This document shows positions 1 through 13,200 of a stretch of DNA of 64,000 nt, in pieces. Every line of letters begins with the position of its first letter. Position 1 is the stretch's first letter. The stretch lies in contig NIVC01003095.1 in the NCBI GenBank assembly GCA_002269645.1, positions 1-64,000 of the forward strand, given 5' to 3'. The notes under the pieces are model-generated. The model saw nothing but the letters and a program-made list of their open reading frames with translations, was not told the DNA's origin and did no database searches. The translations under genes and the position numbers were made by a program. This stretch comes from Macrostomum lignano. Taxonomy: Eukaryota.

Positions 1-1420
1 AGGGTGTCTGTAGGGTGCTTAGGCCGGTCTGTAGGGTGCTCAGAGTGTCTTTACGGTGCTTAGAATGTCTGTAGGTGCTTTAGGTGTCTGTAGGGTGCTC
101 AGGGTGTCTGTAGGGTGCTTAGGGTGTCTGTAGGGTGCTTAGGGTGTCTGTAGATGCTTGGTGTCTGTACGGTGTTTAGGATGTCTTAAGGTGCTTAGGG
201 TGTCTGTAGGGTGCTTAGGGTGTCTGTAGGGTGCTTAGGTGTCTTACGGTGCTTAGGGTGTCTGTAGGGTGCTTAGGGTGTCTGTAGGGTGCTTAGGATG
301 TTTTAGGTGTTAGGGTGTCTGTGCGGTGCTTAGGGTGTCTGTGGCGTGCTTAGGGTGTCTGTGCGGTGCTTAGGGTGTCTTAGGGTGCTTAGGGTGTCTG
401 TGCGGTGCTTAGGGTGTTTAGGGTGCTTAGGGTGTCTGTGGGTGCTTAGGGTGTCTGTGCGGTGCTTAGGGTGTCTGTGCGGTGCTTAGGGTGTCTTTAG
501 GGTGCTTAGGGTGTCTGTGCGGTGCTTAGGGTGTCTGTAGGGTGCTTAGGGTGTCTGTGCGGTGCTTAGGGTGTCTGTAGGGTGCTTAGGCTGTCTGTAG
601 GGTGCTTAGGGTGTCTGTAGGGTGCTTAGGGTGTCTGTAGGGTGCTTAGGGTGTCTGTAGGGTGCTTAGGGTGTCTGTGCGGTGCTTAGGGTGTCTGTAG
701 GGTGCTTAGGCTGTCTGTAGGGTGCTTAGGGTGTCTGTGCGGTGCTTAGGGTGTCTTTAGCGGTGCTTAGGGTGTCTGTAGGGTGCTTAGGGTGTCTGTA
801 GGGTGCTTTAGGGTGTCTGTAGGGTGCTTAGGGTGTCTGTGCGGTGCTTAGGGTGTCTGTGCGGTGCTTAGGGTGTCTTTAGGTGCTTAGGGTGTCTGTG
901 GGTGCTTTAGGGTATCTTAGGTGCTTAGGTGTCTGTAGGGTGCTTAGGGTGTCTGTAGGGTGCTTAGGGTGTCTGTGCGGTGCTTAGGTGTCTTTACGGT
1001 GCTTAGGGTGTCTGTAGGGTGCTTAGGGTGTCTTTAGGTGCTTAGGTGTCTGTAGGGTGCTTAGGGTGTCTGTGGCGTGCTTAGGGTGTCTTTACGGTGC
1101 TTAGGGTGTCTGTAGGGTGCTTAGGGTGTCTTTAGGGTGTTTAGAATGTCTGTAGGGTGTTAGGGTGTCTGTAGGGTGCTTAGGAATGTCTTTAGGTGCT
1201 TAGGGTGTCTGTAGAGTGTTTAGGGTATCTGTAGGGTGTTTAGGGTGTCTGTAGGGTGTTGAGAATGTCTTTAGGGTGCTGAGGGTGTCTGTGCGGTGCT
1301 TAGGGTGTCTGTAGGGTGCTTAGGGTGTCTGTAGGGTGTTGAGAATGTCTTTAGGGTGCTCAGGGTGTCTGTAGGTGCTTAGGGTGTCTGTAGGGTGCTT
1401 AGGGTGTCTGTAGGGTGCTC
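1..1420. repeat. 20-bp minisatellite (TAGGGTGCTTAGGGTGTCTG)n in an FNDC3 intron
   Basis: Unit read directly; array continues off the left edge. Confidence 0.95.
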
Positions 1421-1726
1421 AGTGGGGTTGTAGCTTAGTATATAGAGCGTCGGACTCACAACTTGAAGTCGTGGGTTCGATTCCTGATTCCACGGAACAA
1501 TTTGGGTCATTGAGCAAGACACTCAACTCTGCATTGTCTCAGTTCACCCAGCTGTAAAATTGGTGCCAGCATTAGCTGGGGTAATTGAGGGTGTGTGTGG
1601 CGACCCTCTTCCAGTCCTTGGACTGAACAGCCGTATACAGCCTTCAGATGCGCCATGCAATAGCTGCGGCTGAGCTGTCGGTTGCACATCTGGCCATTGG
1701 AGTAGATGTATCAATTATATTCTGAT
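1421..1726 (+). mobile_element. tRNA-derived SINE, family A, full length
   Basis: Head GGGGTTGTAGCTTAGT (A box) and GGGTTCGATTCC (B box); body shared with copies at 21541, 43616, 61561, 62916; flanked by TAGGGTGCTC at 1411-1420 and 1727-1736 (probable TSD). Confidence 0.85.
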
Positions 1727-1858
1727 TAGGGTGCTCCGAGTGCCTGTAGCTTAGTGTGCCAGGGCTCATAGACATCTAGATGTAAATATGATGCCAGATC
1801 TAGGTTTATTTCTAACCAAATTTTTTATTATCGATGGCACGCCCCTCGATCTTGCCAG

Positions 1859-2230
1859 GTGTACAAAGGCCCGGAGACGAGCTGCCATCTGGGCTGTCTC
1901 CGACCGAACGCTGAATATCGGCTTCGCGTGGCAGCCATTCGTCAGTGCCCCGACACCCAGGAGGAGCTGGTCAGCTCCTTCTCGAACACAGCCGTGTTTC
2001 AGGCTAGGCCTAATAGCAGCGTCGGGGGCTCCGGCAGTTCGTCTTATTCGTCGTGTTCGCGTCGGAGCGGCGGCAACGTCTCGATGGCGCCACTCTCCGA
2101 GGCGGCAATGTGCAGCGCTAACAGGGTGGCCTGGTCCGAGAGGCGGGTTGCCGCCGCCATTTTGGCAGCCTTTGCACTGCTAGCGGTGGCGGCCTCTATG
2201 CTGCTGAGACGGCTAGTTAATGCCGATTGA
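1859..2230 (+). CDS. FNDC3: Terminal exon of fibronectin type III domain-containing protein 3 (tail-anchored)
   Basis: Acceptor cttgccag|GTG at 1858/1859; VYKGPETS...EYRLRVAAIRQC...LVSSFS plus C-terminal hydrophobic anchor (VAAAILAAFALLAVAASMLL) recalls the FNDC3A/B C-terminus (YKGP...EYRFRVCAIRQC...CAAVILVLFA). Confidence 0.85.
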   Translation: MYKGPETSCHLGCLRPNAEYRLRVAAIRQCPDTQEELVSSFSNTAVFQARPNSSVGGSGSSSYSSCSRRSGGNVSMAPLSEAAMCSANRVAWSERRVAAAILAAFALLAVAASMLLRRLVNAD

Positions 2231-2346
2231 GCTTGTTGCTTGAGATTGGGCATTCGCGACTACTTTACATTGGTTTATTTGTTCTGTCGAATTATCTGCA
2301 GTAATTTTATTGTGTCTAATTCTAGTCTAGGCTTGCAACTTGGCCA

Positions 2347-2665
2347 AGAATGTACATTGAGTGGCAGAGAGAATAAGACTAGCGCGAGATTCCAGATAAT
2401 GTACATTGAGGGGCAGAGAGAATCAGACTAGCGCGAGATTCCAGAGAATGTACATTGAGGGGCAGAGAGAATCAGGCTTGCACGAGATTCCAGAGAATGT
2501 ACATTGAGGGGCAGAGAGATTTAGACTAGCACGAGATTCCAGAGAATGTACATTGAGGGGCAGAGAGATTCAGACTAGCACGAGATTCCAGAGAATGTAC
2601 ATTGAGGGGCAGAGAGTCAAAATAGCACGAGATTCCTCTCTACCCCCGAGAATGTACATTGAGTC
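2347..2665. repeat. 49-bp tandem repeat, about 6 copies
   Basis: GAGATTCCAG recurs at 2386 and 2435, and onward at about the same period. Confidence 0.9.
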
Positions 2666-3794
2666 ACAATTTAATGCTGAAAGTCGTGGCAAAGCTGAAA
2701 GTTGCATTCCTAATTGTTTTATTATTCTGAAGCTGCAGCGCCACGCGCAGTCAATAAGTGTAATTACTAAATTAAAGTTTTTTCCATTGCTATTGCAATC
2801 ATTGTTTGACCGGTTATTGCGAACGCTCCCTGCATACACGATGTCTAAGGCTAGTATAGTTAAGTTATAGAAAATGTCGTTTTCAATGTCAGTCGATTCC
2901 AATGTATCTATCAGTGTTTTTAATTCCCTCGTATGGCTGTTGTGTAAAAAATAGCTTTATTTGCTAAACCTTCTTTTGAAGTCGATCCTGATTGATTTGT
3001 TGTTAATTTTTGTGTTTTCGTTTTTTCCTGTGATCTTTGTTCCGTGTCTTATAGTTATGTTTTATGTGTCTATTTTTTCAGAGAAAAAATTATAAACTTT
3101 TATTTTTGTGTCGTTCTCTATGTTTGATATGGTGGTAAAATATTAGGCCAGACAAACTCAGAAACAGTTATACTGGTTTGTTTTCTTCAGTATTTTTTCC
3201 AAGTCGCATATTCAGTAGAGATTTTTATGGTTTGTGCGTTTTGTTTTAACTAAATTGCAGAGAAAAATATAACAAAATTAATTCATTGATTTATAACACA
3301 AGCCTGTTTTTATTGAGTTTTTAGTGCGTGCACCAAACATCATCATTTTTTGAAGAAAACATAAAAAAAGAAATTTTCTGTAGCCATTCGACGACTTTCT
3401 AAATAATAAAATTAAGTGCTTTGGTTTTCGACAAATAATATGGCTCTTTTTAAACAGTTTTTTCACGTTTATTCTTACTGTCTCCGCTAGTTTTGTGTTC
3501 GACACAAATAATATTTTCCGTTTATAACTGTAATAATTGTTTAAACAGCTGCGTGAGCAGTTCGCGAATTTTGTGTCTGGTCTTCGTGCTTCTTTTATTT
3601 GGCTTTTAATTTTAACTTTAATATTAATCTTGGCTTTTGTCTTCTTGTTGGATGCCTTCTCTGTTGTGCGGCATTTTATTCTGTGATTTTTTGCTCCGTT
3701 ATTTTTTGTTATTATTTGTCAGGTAAGTGTTCTTGTAGATACAATACAGTTGTATTTAATATTAGCTGTGGTGCAGGTGGTTAAAAGTTACTAT

Positions 3795-6490
3795 AGCGGT
3801 GTGTACAGTGGGGTAAGAGATTCCTGAGACAGCGGTGAGTACAGTGGGGTAAGAGATTCCTGAGAGAGCGGTGTGTACAGTGGGGTAAGAGATTCCTGAG
3901 AGAGCGGTGTGTACAGTGGGGTAAGAGATTCCTGAGAGAGCGGTGTGTACAGTGGGTAAGAGATTCCTGAGAGAGCGGTGTGTACAGTGGGGTAAGAGAT
4001 TCCTGAGAGAGCGGTGTGTACAGTGGGGTAAGAGATTCCTGAGAGAGCGGTGTGTACAGTGGGGTAAGAGATTCCTGAGAGAGCGGTGTGTACAGTGGGG
4101 TAAGAGATTCCTGAGAGAGCGGCGTGTACAGTGGGGTAAGAGATTCCTGAGAGAGCGGTGTGTACAGTGGGGTAAGAGATTCCTGAGAGAGCGGTGTGTA
4201 CAGTGGGGTAAGAGATTCCTGAGAGAGCGGTAAGTACAGTGGGGTAAGAGATTCCTGAGAGAGCGGTGTGTACAGTGAATTGGTTAAGAGATTCCTGAGA
4301 CAGCGGTGAGTACAGTGGGGTAAGAGATTCCTGAGAGAGCGGTGTGTACAGTGGGGTAAGAGATTCCCGAGAGAGCGGTGTGTACAGTGGGGTAAGAGAT
4401 TCCAGAGAGAGCGGTGTGTACAGTGGGGTAAGAGATTCCTGAGAGAGCGGTGTGTACAGTGGGGTAAGAGATTCCTGAGAGAGCGGTGTGTACAGTGGGG
4501 TAAGAGATTTCCGAGAGAGCGATGTGTACAGTGGGGTAATAGATTCCAGAGAGAGCGGTGTGTACAGTGGGTAAGAGATTCCTGAGAGAGCGGTGTGTAC
4601 AGTGGGGTAAGAGATTCCTGAGAGAGCGGTAAGTACAGTGGGGTAAGAGATTCCTGAGAGAGCGGTGTGTACAGTGGGGTAAGAGATTCCTGAGAGAGCG
4701 GTGTGTACAGTGGGGTAAGAGATTCCTGAGAGAGCGGTGTGTACAGTGGGGTAAGAGATTCCTGAGAGAGCGGTAAGTACAGTGGGGTAAGAGATTCCTG
4801 AGAGAGCGGTGTGTACAGTGGGGTAAGAGATTCCTGAGAGAGCGGTGTGTACAGTGGGGTAAGAGATTCCTGAGAGAGCGGTGTGTACAGTGGGGTAAGA
4901 GATTCCTGAGACAGCGGTGAGTACAGTGGGGTAAGAGATTCCTGAGAGAGCGGTGTGTACAGTGGGGTAAGAGATTCCTGAGAGAGCGGTGTGTACAGTG
5001 GGGTAAGAGATTCCTGAGAGAGCGGTAAGTACAGTGGGGTAAGAGATTCCTGAGAGAGCGGTGTGTACAGTGAATTGGTAAAGAGATTCCTGAGAGAGCG
5101 GTGTGTACAGTGGGGTAAGAGATTCCTGAGAGAGCGGTGTGTACAGTGGGGTAAGAGATTCCTGAGAGAGCGGTGTGTACAGTGGGGTAAGAGATTCCTG
5201 AGAGAGCGGTGTGTACAGTGGGGTAAGAGATTCCTGAGAGAGCGGTAAGTACAGTGGGGTAAGAGATTCCTGAGAGAGCGGTGTGTACAGTGGGGTAAGA
5301 GATTCCTGAGAGAGCGGTGTGTACAGTGGGGTAAGAGATTCCTGAGAGAGCGGTGTGTACAGTGGGGTAAGAGATTCCTGAGACAGCGGTGAGTACAGTG
5401 GGGTAAGAGATTCCTGAGAGAGCGGTAAGTACAGTGGGGTAAGAGATTCCTGAGAGAGCGGTGTGTACAGTGGGGTAAGAGATTCCTGAGAGAGCGGTGT
5501 GTACAGTGGGGTAAGAGATTCCTGAGAGAGCGGTGTGTACAGTGGGGTAAGAGATTCCTGAGAGAGCGGTAAGTACAGTGGGGTAAGAGATTCCTGAGAG
5601 AGCGGTGTGTACAGTGGGGTAAGAGATTCCTGAGACAGCGGTGTGTACAGTGGGGTAAGAGATTCCTGAGACAGCGGTGTGTACAGTGGGGTAAGAGATT
5701 CCCGAGAGAGCGGCGTGTACAGTGGGGTAAGAGATTCCTGAGAGAGCGGTGAGTACAGTGGGGTAAGAGATTCCTGAGACAGCGGTGTGTACAGTGGGGT
5801 AAGAGATTCCTGAGACAGCGGTGTGTACAGTGGGGTAAGAGATTCCTGAGAGAGCGGTGTGTACAGTGGGGTAAGAGATTCCTGAGACAGCGGTGTGTAC
5901 AGTGGGGTAAGAGATTCCCGAGAGAGCGGTGTGTACAGTGGGGTAAGAGATTCCTGAGAGAGCGGTGTGTACAGTGGGGTAAGAGATTCCCGAGAGAGCG
6001 GTGTGTACAGTGGGGTAAGAGATTCCTGAGAGAGCGGTGAGTACAGTGGGGTAAGAGATTCCTGAGACAGCGGTGTGTACAGTGGGGTAAGAGATTCCTG
6101 AGACAGCGGTGTGTACAGTGGGGTAAGAGATTCCTGAGACAGCGGTGTGTACAGTGGGGTAAGAGATTCCCGAGAGAGCGGTGTGTACAGTGGGGTAAGA
6201 GATTCCTGAGAGAGCGGTGAGTACAGTGGGGTAAGAGATTCCTGAGAGAGCGGTGTGTACAGTGGGGTAAGAGATTCCTGAGACAGCGGTGTGTACAGTG
6301 GGGTAAGAGATTCCTGAGAGAGCGGTGTGTACAGTGGGGTAAGAGATTCCTGAGACAGCGGTGTGTACAGTGGGGTAAGAGATTCTTGAGAGAGCGGTGA
6401 GTACAGTGGGGTAAGAGATTCTTGAGAGAGCGGTGTGTACAGTGGGGTAAGAGATTCCTGAGACAGCGGTGTGTACAGTGGTAAGAGATC
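3795..6490. repeat. 33-bp minisatellite (GTGTACAGTGGGGTAAGAGATTCCTGAGAGAGC-type), about 80 copies
   Basis: Unit read directly; source of the spurious 906-aa and 758-aa ORFs. Confidence 0.97.
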
Positions 6491-8864
6491 TTTGGAGACG
6501 GAGGTGTGCATTGGAGTTAAGAAACTTATATTGACAGCAATTCATGTACAATTTTTGCAATAAATTTATTTTCGCTGTTTTGCTGCACTGGTGTTTACCT
6601 ATTTAATAGGCCTGTAGGTTTCAGGTGCCCTGGAAAAACGCTCTGTTGTTATACCAATACTTCAAAACAACTCCATCATAACCTCATGCTTCTCTGTATT
6701 CCCTTGTTCAGTTTTGGTGTTGAACTCGTTTACCGATATATTATTTATTGTGCATTTCGTACAGACTACGGTCGAAGTTCACTCGTATACCAGATACCTT
6801 CCTTTAATCTTTATTAACTTGTAGACGTACAAGATTTAATCAACGTTTTAGTCCATGTCTTCGTTACAACAAATATTTGTGTTAAAAGCCCCCGCAGTTT
6901 TATTTTATTTGGCTTTCTTAAACTATTATTTGTGCATAGATAATAGGATTTTTTGTATTGGCCAGTGCGTTCGGAATAGGTGAGAATAATTACTCTTTAA
7001 TCATGGATAGAGGTTGAATTCTTGCACTTGAAATGCGATTTTTAAAACCAATGAGCAATATTAAAAAGTGCGATTGTTTGAATAGGAAAGTTTTGGACCA
7101 GAATTTAAAACTGATTCGATCGCTTTTTAGTTATGTCAAGAGTGACGTTTGTATTAAACAAAAATTAACCTAATGGTTTGAATAATATTGATAGTATATT
7201 GCTAGTTCAAAGTGACTGATTTCCTCAGTTATTTTGCACGTTTGGCCAAAATCAGCCCGTGTTATATGCGGCTAAAATTAACGTTAAGAGAATCGTCTTA
7301 CGAAATTAAGACAGTTTTTAGTTAATTATTCATTTGTTTGTGTTACAAGTCTGTGTTTTTTGTGTTTTTAGTTTTATTCTGGCATTGGATCCTGAATTAT
7401 TGCTGTATATCGGCGCACAGATATTATCCGACAACATGAATAAAAATATACTGTTATTATATACAGTTACATTAAATGTGCAGCTATACGGTTAGATATT
7501 AATCACTTTGTGTTCAAAAATATCCTTAAAATGTTAAAATTGTAAAGAAATTTCTTATTTATTTTTTAAAACTGTTTGTTTTAAACATTTGGCAGCCGAA
7601 ACCAGATCGCTTATCACTGATTTGATTCTTTTGAATGAATCGTTATTAAATTTATATTATCCGTAGCTATTGGGTTTTTAATTTTCTATATTTATTAGTT
7701 TTGGATGGCAAATAAATTTTTGCTTATCAAACACTATGAAATAAAGAGAAATACTCTATAATTATATCTAAATTTTGTAACAGCACTGGGTGTATATCAT
7801 GATGAGCCCTCAGTGCTACACGACTGGCGTACAAAGTATAACAAAGCAAATTTATTTAAATGAACTTAAATTTCAAGTAATTTAAAATTTTAATTTGTCA
7901 TTTCAAAGTGGCGCACATTTTTTCTTCTTTCTCTAATGAATTCAATTTCGCATATTTCGGTTATTTTATTAAAAAGTTCCTTCCTACTCACCGCATCTCG
8001 CGCCAGCCAATGTCTTTTTTCGTTCCGCAGCTGAAGAGCCACTCGAGGGGGCGAGTTGCTTCCATTATACTGTAGGGATCATTTGGAAGACAGACAAGGT
8101 CCGCCACACTTTTTTATTATCGAATGACCAAAAATATGAGATAGAATTTTTTACAAAAAAGAAATGTGCAGCCTTGAAATTCTACCGTTTTTTTAGTCAG
8201 ACAGAAATTACCTGTTGAAGTTGACGTCATTGCCTCCCCTCAGCCTACCTGAGGTGATTTTTTTTGAAAATCGCTTTTTAAACAAAACTGTAGAGAGAAT
8301 TTCTACAACAAAAAGCATTCGTCAGGAATGGGGAGGGCCGCATGTCGGAAAATGGGGAGAATTATAGGAACGAGAGAGTAACCGCTTGAGCGAGTGAGGC
8401 AGAACTCACTCATTCCCATCTGCGTGGCCGTTCCACGCGAATGAGCAGCCAACCTACCTGTTAGCGCTCTGCATGCGCTGACTCTCGTATTGAGCAGTGA
8501 GCAGTTCACACAAAGTAGAAGAGAGAATTATATAAATGCTTCACCCAGGGTGTGGCCCGCTGTGCCTACATGTGTATGCTGCTGGCTTTTTTGTCTTTGC
8601 ATGAAAGCAACGTCTAAGCATGCTAGTAGCTGTAGTAGTAATTCTTTCTATTGTATAAGCTATTGTCGTGCCTCCATGGATTTGCTGTGCTGCCGTGATA
8701 TTATTGCAGCTCAGCCTTGGCAATTGTTATTGATTGGTAGGTCAGGCATGTACATGTGTCTTGGGCCAAGTGTGAATCGCACACCCCCCACTCTAGCCAA
8801 TATTTCGTAACGCTGAGCAACTCTGATACATAAATTACTTATTCAGTGGTACCAATGAACCTTT

Positions 8865-9228
8865 TTATTTTTTTTATTAGAAGCAGGGGGGTTGTGTGCA
8901 CCCTGGCGCACTTTAAGCGACATTGGCACACAACCGGCGAGAGGCATTACTGCCCATTCCGCCGACTCCCCTGAGCAGGCATACAAGCGCAAGGATACGT
9001 ACGCAGGTACACACTCACAAAGGAGTGTACAGCGGCCCTAACTTTATTTTATCGTTAGGCATGTACACTTCACTGCGCCTTGGGGGTTGGCTCTCAAGGC
9101 CGTTAATTGCACGAACAGAGCCAAGCAGAGATTCCAATTCAGCCCCAAATTAATGTGACTGCACTTGGAATCGAGCCTGGGTCGCTGGAACACCAGAGCC
9201 TGCGCTAGACCGCTGGGCTACGGCCCCC
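8865..9228 (-). mobile_element. tRNA-derived SINE, family B, full length with 15-bp TSD
   Basis: Minus-strand head GGGGCCGTAGCCCAGCGGTCTAGCG...GGCTCGATTCC; A-rich tail (T-run 8865-8877 on +); TSD TACCAATGAACCTTT at 8850-8864 and 9230-9244; second copy at 60610-60905. Confidence 0.9.
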
Positions 9229-10207
9229 TTACCAATGAACCTTTCCAACATTTATAGTGCAGTTTGCAGTTAAGTTTATTATTATAGTAATAATTTATAA
9301 TTGAAACTTGTTGCAAAAAGACGCTGCACACAAGTGCCACATCTAATAACGGGGTGCATTCAAGTGTAATTGTACTTGCGTACTGGACGTCGCTGTGACA
9401 TGGGGAACTTCACATTAAAACAATAGCGACGCTATGTGCCTGTGGAAAGAAAACAAGAAAAAATTACTCTTCAACATAAACAAAAATGTGCAGAAAAAAA
9501 TCGAAAACTTGTGCATAATTCAGTACACGTACATTCAGATCAAAACATAAGCGGTAAAGTTCGTTGGGAGGAAAAATTCTGTACATTTTCTTAGAAAACG
9601 GCAACGCGTGGCAATATGCACTTTTTAAATAGAGTTGCGGTCAATTCAAAACAAGTATAACCTTGACTCAATTATAATCTCAGTGGTGGTGCACTCTGCT
9701 TTTTAACAGGTGCAAATACGCAAGATAAACAGGGTTGTTAGAAGTGCCAAAATTAGTAAAACAAGTGCTATATTATAACAATTAACAATAACGTTAATAG
9801 CCGAATCAGAGTGCTACTATAGAAGTAAATATGGTAAATATACGCGATTAACTTCAGATTTATTGTGTGTTTGGTTACAAAGAACAATCGAAGTTCCAAT
9901 GCAGCTTTCGATCTTAATCGCGATATGTGGCTGCAAAGATTTGAAATATAAACAAGTTCGAGTCTCCCAACTACATACAAACAAGTTTACAACTCTCAGG
10001 ATGTTTTAAAATGTAAGAGCAATCAAATAAACTGGTAAAACACTCGTCAATATAGAAACAAAAACACAAAATAACTCGATAGTTCAACTAATTCGTTAAT
10101 GACGGAAAAGATTTTGTTAATTTAAACTTGACTCAATCTGCGTGATGAAAACCGAATGGCTCACCCGAATCAAAAAATTTTCCGCAATTATTTGATTTAT
10201 TATTGAT

Positions 10208-13200
10208 TCAATTCGCTTCTTCAATCGCTCGGCAGTTGTGCATCTGGGCTGCCACCACCTGCGACGACGATGAGGGACCGGAGACGCTGACGCCGCTGAC
10301 GCCACCGACGCCGCCGCCGGTGATAGCCGACTCGGTGGGCTTGCGCATGGTCGGCATCCGACGGATGGTGATCTTCTTGTAGCGGTCGAGCAGCCCGGCA
10401 TAGGTGGATCCGCCGCTGCTTGGCCGGCTCATGGTGAAGTTGAACCGCTCCGTCGGGCCCTCCTGACTGCCATGCTGATAGAATCGGCGAGCCTTGTCCC
10501 GCTTCATCTTCACGGTGAACATTCGCTTCATCTCCTTGCGGAAGTAGGTGCTAGCGTAGGAATAGAGAAAGAAGTTGACGCTGTAAGTTAGGTAGTAGAT
10601 GGTCTTCGTGATGGTCATGGCGCTGCCGTATTGGCCCTGCTTAATCCCGTCACCTCCGTCGATTGTCAGGTAGCTGTCGGTCAGGCCGGTGCGGATGCGA
10701 AACTTCACCACAAAGCTGACAATCCAGATCAGATAGTAGGGCCAAGTCAGGAGCAGAAAAGTGGACGACACGACCAGTAGCAGACAGGCGAACTGGTGCC
10801 CGACAACGTCGTGATTGGTGCACGATCGAGAACGGCGGACAATCAGCAAGTGACGAGCGATCAGCGCGTTGAAGACGAATATGATAGCGGACGGGATGAC
10901 GGTCAGCAGGGCAGCATAGGCTGTGTCCAGCACGAACAGCTCAACGTTGGCCCCGGGACGCGGCAAGCAGGCGGTGACGTTGGCGTTCAAACGCTGGGTG
11001 ACGTGCATAAACGGCTTCCATAGGCAGAGGGCGTAGCTGTTGGTGACCAAGATGAAGATGATGCGGCGGGCGCTGCGCTTTGTACAGATCCGGCGCCGAA
11101 GCATCGGGTGACGGACGCCTGAGGGGCGATTAAATGCGGTTAGCAGAGCCGAGCTTGATCAATTTTCAACCATTGGCAATCTCTGCATTTTCTGCACGAA
11201 AATCGTAAAGAAAACCTACGTTAGCGAAGTCGGGCAAGCTGTAATCCTGCCACAACAGAACTTTAAATGACAAAACTCGAATAGGATTAAATACTATTAG
11301 TTCTAAGGGATAATCTATTGAACGGTAAACAACCATCATGTGACTGTGGGTCCTAAAAGCTTTTAAATTTCAGATTTGTAGAATACTAAATCCAGTTTTT
11401 GACATCGTCGAAGCAGAAAATTCTTAAAATGAACAAAGCTTTGTAGCTTTGAATCGAAAGAAGAGTCAAACGACTAGAAAAGGTAGATATTCTTGAGATG
11501 CTACAAAACCATAAGGCTAGCTATGGGTTACCTTCAAATTCCACACGCATTAATTGGTCAAGATTCTATTCTATCTACAAGAGTCCTGTGCAAGAAGAGG
11601 TTCAGTCAATAAGTAACAGACAGATTCGCATTTCGCGTCTCTAACAGAGCCTCTCACCACTGCCTTGTCCATGTAGCTTGTCAGCATATACATCGAGTAA
11701 AATTTAGCCAACTTGCTGATTGAGTTACCGTCTTTTTACCATCTTACCGTGTTTTTGTCAGCGAATTTCTTGTCGTGGAAAGGAATTGATAAGGCTCGGA
11801 TCTATGCGTGAAATCTCCTCAGCTAAAGCCGAGTTTATAACATTCTGATATTGGATATCCCTAGCTGTATCTCATATCGTGCGTGAAATCAATGCATTGT
11901 AGGTAACTAAGGCTGCATAACAGCGCGAGAAAGCCTCGAAGCTAACGAGGAGTGAATTGAGTTTTTTCTCCTGTCAAACAGAACCAACCCTTAGTTGACC
12001 TGGGTTTGTCACGTTCCAGGGATTAAGCCAGTCGTTTATAATTTACATATTCGTTCAAGCCTCAGGCAATGTTTGAAGTCACAAGATGTGTCCGAGCCTC
12101 TGGGCGATAGAAATTATTTGCAGTGTCAAGTTTTCGAGCCGCATTATGTTAATGATGACTGTTAACTACGAGTATTGGTATGTTTAGTTCTCTTAGTTCT
12201 CTCAAAATTTCATTTGGGTCTGATAAGCATGTGTCATGTGGCTCTGATAAGCATGTGTCATTTGGCTCTGATAGGCATGTGTCATTTAGCTCTGATAAGC
12301 ATGTGTCATGTGGCTCTGATAAGCATGTGTCATTTAGCTCTGATAAGCATGTGTCATGTGGCTCTGATAAGCATGTGTCATTTGGCTCTGATAAGCATGT
12401 GTCATTTGGCTCTGATAAGCATGTGTCATTTGGCTCTGATAAGCATGTGTCATGTGGCTCTGATAAGCATGTGTCATGTGGCTCTGATAAGCATGTGTCA
12501 TGTGGCTCTGATAAGCATGTGTCATTTGGCTCTGATAGGCATGTGTCATTTAGCTCTGATAAGCATGTGTCATGTGGCTCTGATAAGCATGTGTCATTTA
12601 GCTCTGATAAGCATGTGTCATGTGGCTCTGATAAGCATGTGTCATGTGGCTCTGATAAGCATGTGTCATGTGGCTCTGATAAGCATGTGTCATGTGGCTC
12701 TGATAAGCATGTGTCATGTGGCTCTGATAAGCATGTGTCATGTGGCTCTGATAAGCATGTGTCATTTAGCTCTGATAAGCATGTGTCATGTGGCTCTGAT
12801 AAGCATGTGTCATTTGGCTCTGATAAGCATGTGTCATTTGGCTCTGATAAGCATGTGTCATTTGGCTCTGATAAGCATGTGTCATGTGGCTCTGATAAGC
12901 ATGTGTCATTTGGCTCTGATAAGCATGTGTCATTTAGCTCTGATAAGCATGTGTCATGTGGCTCTGATAAGCATGTGTCATTTAGCTCTGATAAGCATGT
13001 GTCATGTGGCTCTGATAAGCATGTGTCATTTGGATCTGATAAGCATGTGTCATTTGGCTCTGATAGGCATGTGTCATTTAGCTCTGATAAGCATGTGTCA
13101 TGTGGCTCTGATAAGCATGTGTCATTTGGCTCTGATAAGCATGTGTCATTTGGCTCTGATAGGCATGTGTCATTTAGCTCTGATAGGCATGTGTCATGTG

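Noticed and set aside
1600-1700. Self-cleaving ribozyme in the SINE A tail; hammerheads at CTGATGA sites (23713, 26025, 39371, 45773)
   Set aside because: No convincing HDV pseudoknot; CTGATGA hits lack stem II plus GAAA.
3791-6560. 906-aa and 758-aa ORFs, and similar long ORFs at 12149-13824, 15205-16640, 24398-26128, 30403-31488, 37040-37752, 59801-60320
   Set aside because: Open frames arise from stop-free tandem units, often in several frames and on both strands; most lie in introns of real genes.
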